Shown here piece after piece: positions 61,782-64,000 of a stretch of DNA of 64,000 nucleotides. This DNA is from a virus. Position numbers and translations under genes: made by a program. How positions within the stretch are numbered: the first letter of the stretch is position 1; the number at the start of each line of letters is the position of its first letter. The stretch is from positions 32,001-96,000 of the IMG/VR virus record IMGVR_UViG_3300010400_000001; one strand, 5' to 3'. Below the pieces are notes generated by a model. It was given only the letters and a program-made list of their open reading frames with translations, had not been told where the DNA came from and searched no databases.

Positions 61782-62152
61782 TGTACCGAAAAAACGGTCA
61801 CTCGATGCCAGAGCGCGAGGAAGGCGCTGCGTACTTGGGTCTCTTCGGAGACGAAGACGATCGCATCTGGGGCGTGAATCCAAGTCTTCTGACGCGCGGC
61901 TTCGGCGAAGGCGACGCGGCGACCGAGATACCGGAGGTGGCGATCGAGGGAAGCCCCGCGGCGCCGCTCTTTTACGAGACGCCGTTCTGGCGCGTGCTCT
62001 CGATCGCGGGAGCGGCGCTCGGCGCGTATCACGGATACAAGCGAAACGATTCTTTCGGGTGGGCCCTCGGCTGGGCCTTTCTCGGATCGCTCATTCCCGT
62101 CGTGGTGATCCCTGTCGCGTTCGCGCAAGGGATCGGGAAACCAAAGAGGTAA
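61781..62152 (+). CDS. Putative virion membrane protein
   Basis: TRGFG motif; AYHGYKRN.S.GWALGW TM hairpin. Confidence 0.7.
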   Translation: MYRKNGHSMPEREEGAAYLGLFGDEDDRIWGVNPSLLTRGFGEGDAATEIPEVAIEGSPAAPLFYETPFWRVLSIAGAALGAYHGYKRNDSFGWALGWAFLGSLIPVVVIPVAFAQGIGKPKR

Positions 62153-62159
62153 AACGGTC

Positions 62160-63008
62160 ATGCTCCAAGTCAAAACTCGAGGCGGTGTGTTCGGTCCCGG
62201 CGGCTACGGCGGCGGGATCTTCGACGGATCGCAAATGGGATTCGGCGGCCTCGGCAGCGTGGCGTTCGAGCAAGCAGCCGCGGGTATCGGCGCCGACACG
62301 GGCGCCTTCAAGTGGTGCAGCAAGGCGTCGCCGTGCCCTACGGGCGACCCGCGAGTCAGCGCACTTCAGAAGGCTCTGAACACGGCGCTCAAGGCGCACG
62401 GTTTCAAGCCGCTGACGGTCGACGGGAAATTCGGAACGAGCACGTGCGGCGCGATCTCGTGGGCAGGAAATCTCCCCCAGTCCGATCCGCTCTTCACGAC
62501 TGCCGGTGTCGAGTACATGACGCCCGCCTACCTCGTCGATAGCTCGGGCCAGCCAGTCTGCAAGTCCTTCACCTACCCGACGAAGGTCGGATCGACGACG
62601 CCGTACATTCCCCCGTCGACGTTCCGCTCGGGCCTCCCCTGGAAAGAGGTGAGCCCGGAGACGGCGACGGTGCAGCGGAACATAAATAACGATCTCACGC
62701 AGCACGGCTACGATCCGATCAGCGAGAGCGGCATGCTCGACGCGCCGACCTGCGGCGCGATGCGGGTCGCGAAAGACGAGTGGGGTATGGACTACCTCAC
62801 GGCGTACGGCGGTAACTGCCAGGAGTTTCAGGCGCCGCGAAAGCACGCGCAGCCAGTCGTCGTGACTCCGACGCCGACTCCGGCGCATGAAGACGAGCTG
62901 CCGCACGCAGTCAGCTCGAAAAAGAGCGGCGTCTCGACGGCGTGGGTGATCGGTGGTCTTGCCGTCGCCGCCGGCGTCGCAGGTCTCTACGCCGCACGAA
63001 AGAGGTAG
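62160..63008 (+). CDS. Two peptidoglycan-binding-like domains with C-terminal TM anchor
   Basis: V.ALQ.ALN..VDGKFG..T and second degenerate copy; TM plus RKR. Confidence 0.8.
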   Translation: MLQVKTRGGVFGPGGYGGGIFDGSQMGFGGLGSVAFEQAAAGIGADTGAFKWCSKASPCPTGDPRVSALQKALNTALKAHGFKPLTVDGKFGTSTCGAISWAGNLPQSDPLFTTAGVEYMTPAYLVDSSGQPVCKSFTYPTKVGSTTPYIPPSTFRSGLPWKEVSPETATVQRNINNDLTQHGYDPISESGMLDAPTCGAMRVAKDEWGMDYLTAYGGNCQEFQAPRKHAQPVVVTPTPTPAHEDELPHAVSSKKSGVSTAWVIGGLAVAAGVAGLYAARKR

Positions 63009-63017
63009 CCTCCCCCC

Positions 63018-63662
63018 ATGTCGAACTTCGGTCCCATCGCGTACGAGGACATGAGTCAGCTAAATGCTGAGTGGGGACAGCAGCGTCCGCCGATGGCGGG
63101 CCTCGGAGGGCTCCTCGCGGGTCTCGGCGCCGTCGCGCCCATGGCGCAGCACGAGTACGTCGACGTGTCCTTCCTCAATGCTCGGCTCCGTCCGATCGAG
63201 CCGAAGCGGTTCGGCATGGGCTACGGGATCGGCAACGGCGTCGGCAACGGCAGCATCTCCGGGAACAGTCTCGGCATCGTTGCCGGGCTCGGCGGAGACC
63301 CAGACTACCCCTGGCGGGAATACAGCTCCGACACGAAGGCGCTTCAGGAGCAGACGAACGAAGCGCTCATCGCGAATGGGTATGCTCCTATCACGGCCGA
63401 CGGGAAGCTCGGCCCCGCGACGTGCGGCGCTGTCCGCGCGATGTGCGCGACCTTGTCGCCACCGTGCGACACGCCGGGAACGTGCCAATCGTTCACGGCG
63501 CCGAGCCGCCCGGGCGCGATCGTGAAGACTTCATCGTCGAAGCCCTCCGTCGCGCGAGCGAGCATGATGGGCGGCGGCACGAACTGGCTTCTCATCGGCG
63601 GCGCCATCGGAGCGATCGCGATCGGCGGCGCGCTCATGTTCAAGGCGTCGAAAAAGCGATGA
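63018..63662 (+). CDS. Peptidoglycan-binding-like domain with C-terminal TM anchor
   Basis: ALQ..N..L...ADGKLGPAT; MAGLG/LAGLG/VAGLG; TM plus KKR. Confidence 0.8.
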   Translation: MSNFGPIAYEDMSQLNAEWGQQRPPMAGLGGLLAGLGAVAPMAQHEYVDVSFLNARLRPIEPKRFGMGYGIGNGVGNGSISGNSLGIVAGLGGDPDYPWREYSSDTKALQEQTNEALIANGYAPITADGKLGPATCGAVRAMCATLSPPCDTPGTCQSFTAPSRPGAIVKTSSSKPSVARASMMGGGTNWLLIGGAIGAIAIGGALMFKASKKR

Positions 63663-64000
63663 CGACACCGGTAGAGGCGATCCAGCAGCGTCTCGGTGTG
63701 CCGCGGAGCGGCCACTGGGACGGCGTCACGCGCGGCGCGCTCGTCGCCTACCAGCAGAGCCACGGCCTATCGCCGAGCGGGCATCCCGATCCGGCGACGC
63801 TCGCGAGCCTCGGCTACTACAGGCCCGACGATCTCTTCACTCAAAAGTGGGTGAGCTACCTCGAAGGCGGAGACAAGCCCGGAACCTTCGGTCGCGATCT
63901 CAAGACGTCGATCGATCAGGTGCCGCGCTGGGCGTGGGCGACGCTCGCCGCGAGCTTTTCGGTCTTCGCCTACATGGCGTACCGAACGGATCGAAAGCGA
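63659..64000 (+). CDS. Peptidoglycan-binding domain protein with TM helix (runs off window end)
   Basis: Translated by hand: IQQRLGV..G.WD..T..AL..YQQSHGL..SG..D.ATL..LG, then WAWATLAASFSVFAYMAY. Confidence 0.75.
   Translation, partial: MTTPVEAIQQRLGVPRSGHWDGVTRGALVAYQQSHGLSPSGHPDPATLASLGYYRPDDLFTQKWVSYLEGGDKPGTFGRDLKTSIDQVPRWAWATLAASFSVFAYMAYRTDRKR

Overview
GC-rich DNA that reads as part of a bacteriophage (or plasmid-like prophage) genome. No terminase, portal, HK97 capsid, tail tube/sheath or integrase is recognisable in the window. Layout: (1) 216-24150, mostly minus strand: cell-wall enzymes, a family of paralogous fibre/spike proteins sharing a 'LAGAGDG...KG..FM' domain (several with G-x-T collagen stalks), two large carbohydrate-active proteins, and a plus-strand island at 9195-9920 (promoter, 6-codon minigene, terminator, two tRNA-like RNAs with abnormal anticodon arms, a CCA-ended hairpin, PTH2-type peptidyl-tRNA hydrolase); (2) 24231-27717 two glycosyltransferases; (3) 27668-41520 a leftward array of small hypothetical genes; (4) 41672-53544 replication/nucleotide genes (RHH protein, initiator with iterons, DnaC-like ATPase, DnaB, RuvC-like, DUF3310, ThyX-like, Nudix) with a host-type parS palindrome; (5) 53535-64000 a putative virion block: large coiled-coil protein, transglutaminase-fold Cys-His-Asp enzyme and many membrane-anchored proteins sharing a hydrophobic-x-G-[LIF]-G motif that resembles the adenovirus protease site. 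Inference only: a tailless, internal-membrane virus, possibly of a myxobacterial-type host. All calls come from reading motifs by eye; no searches were run.
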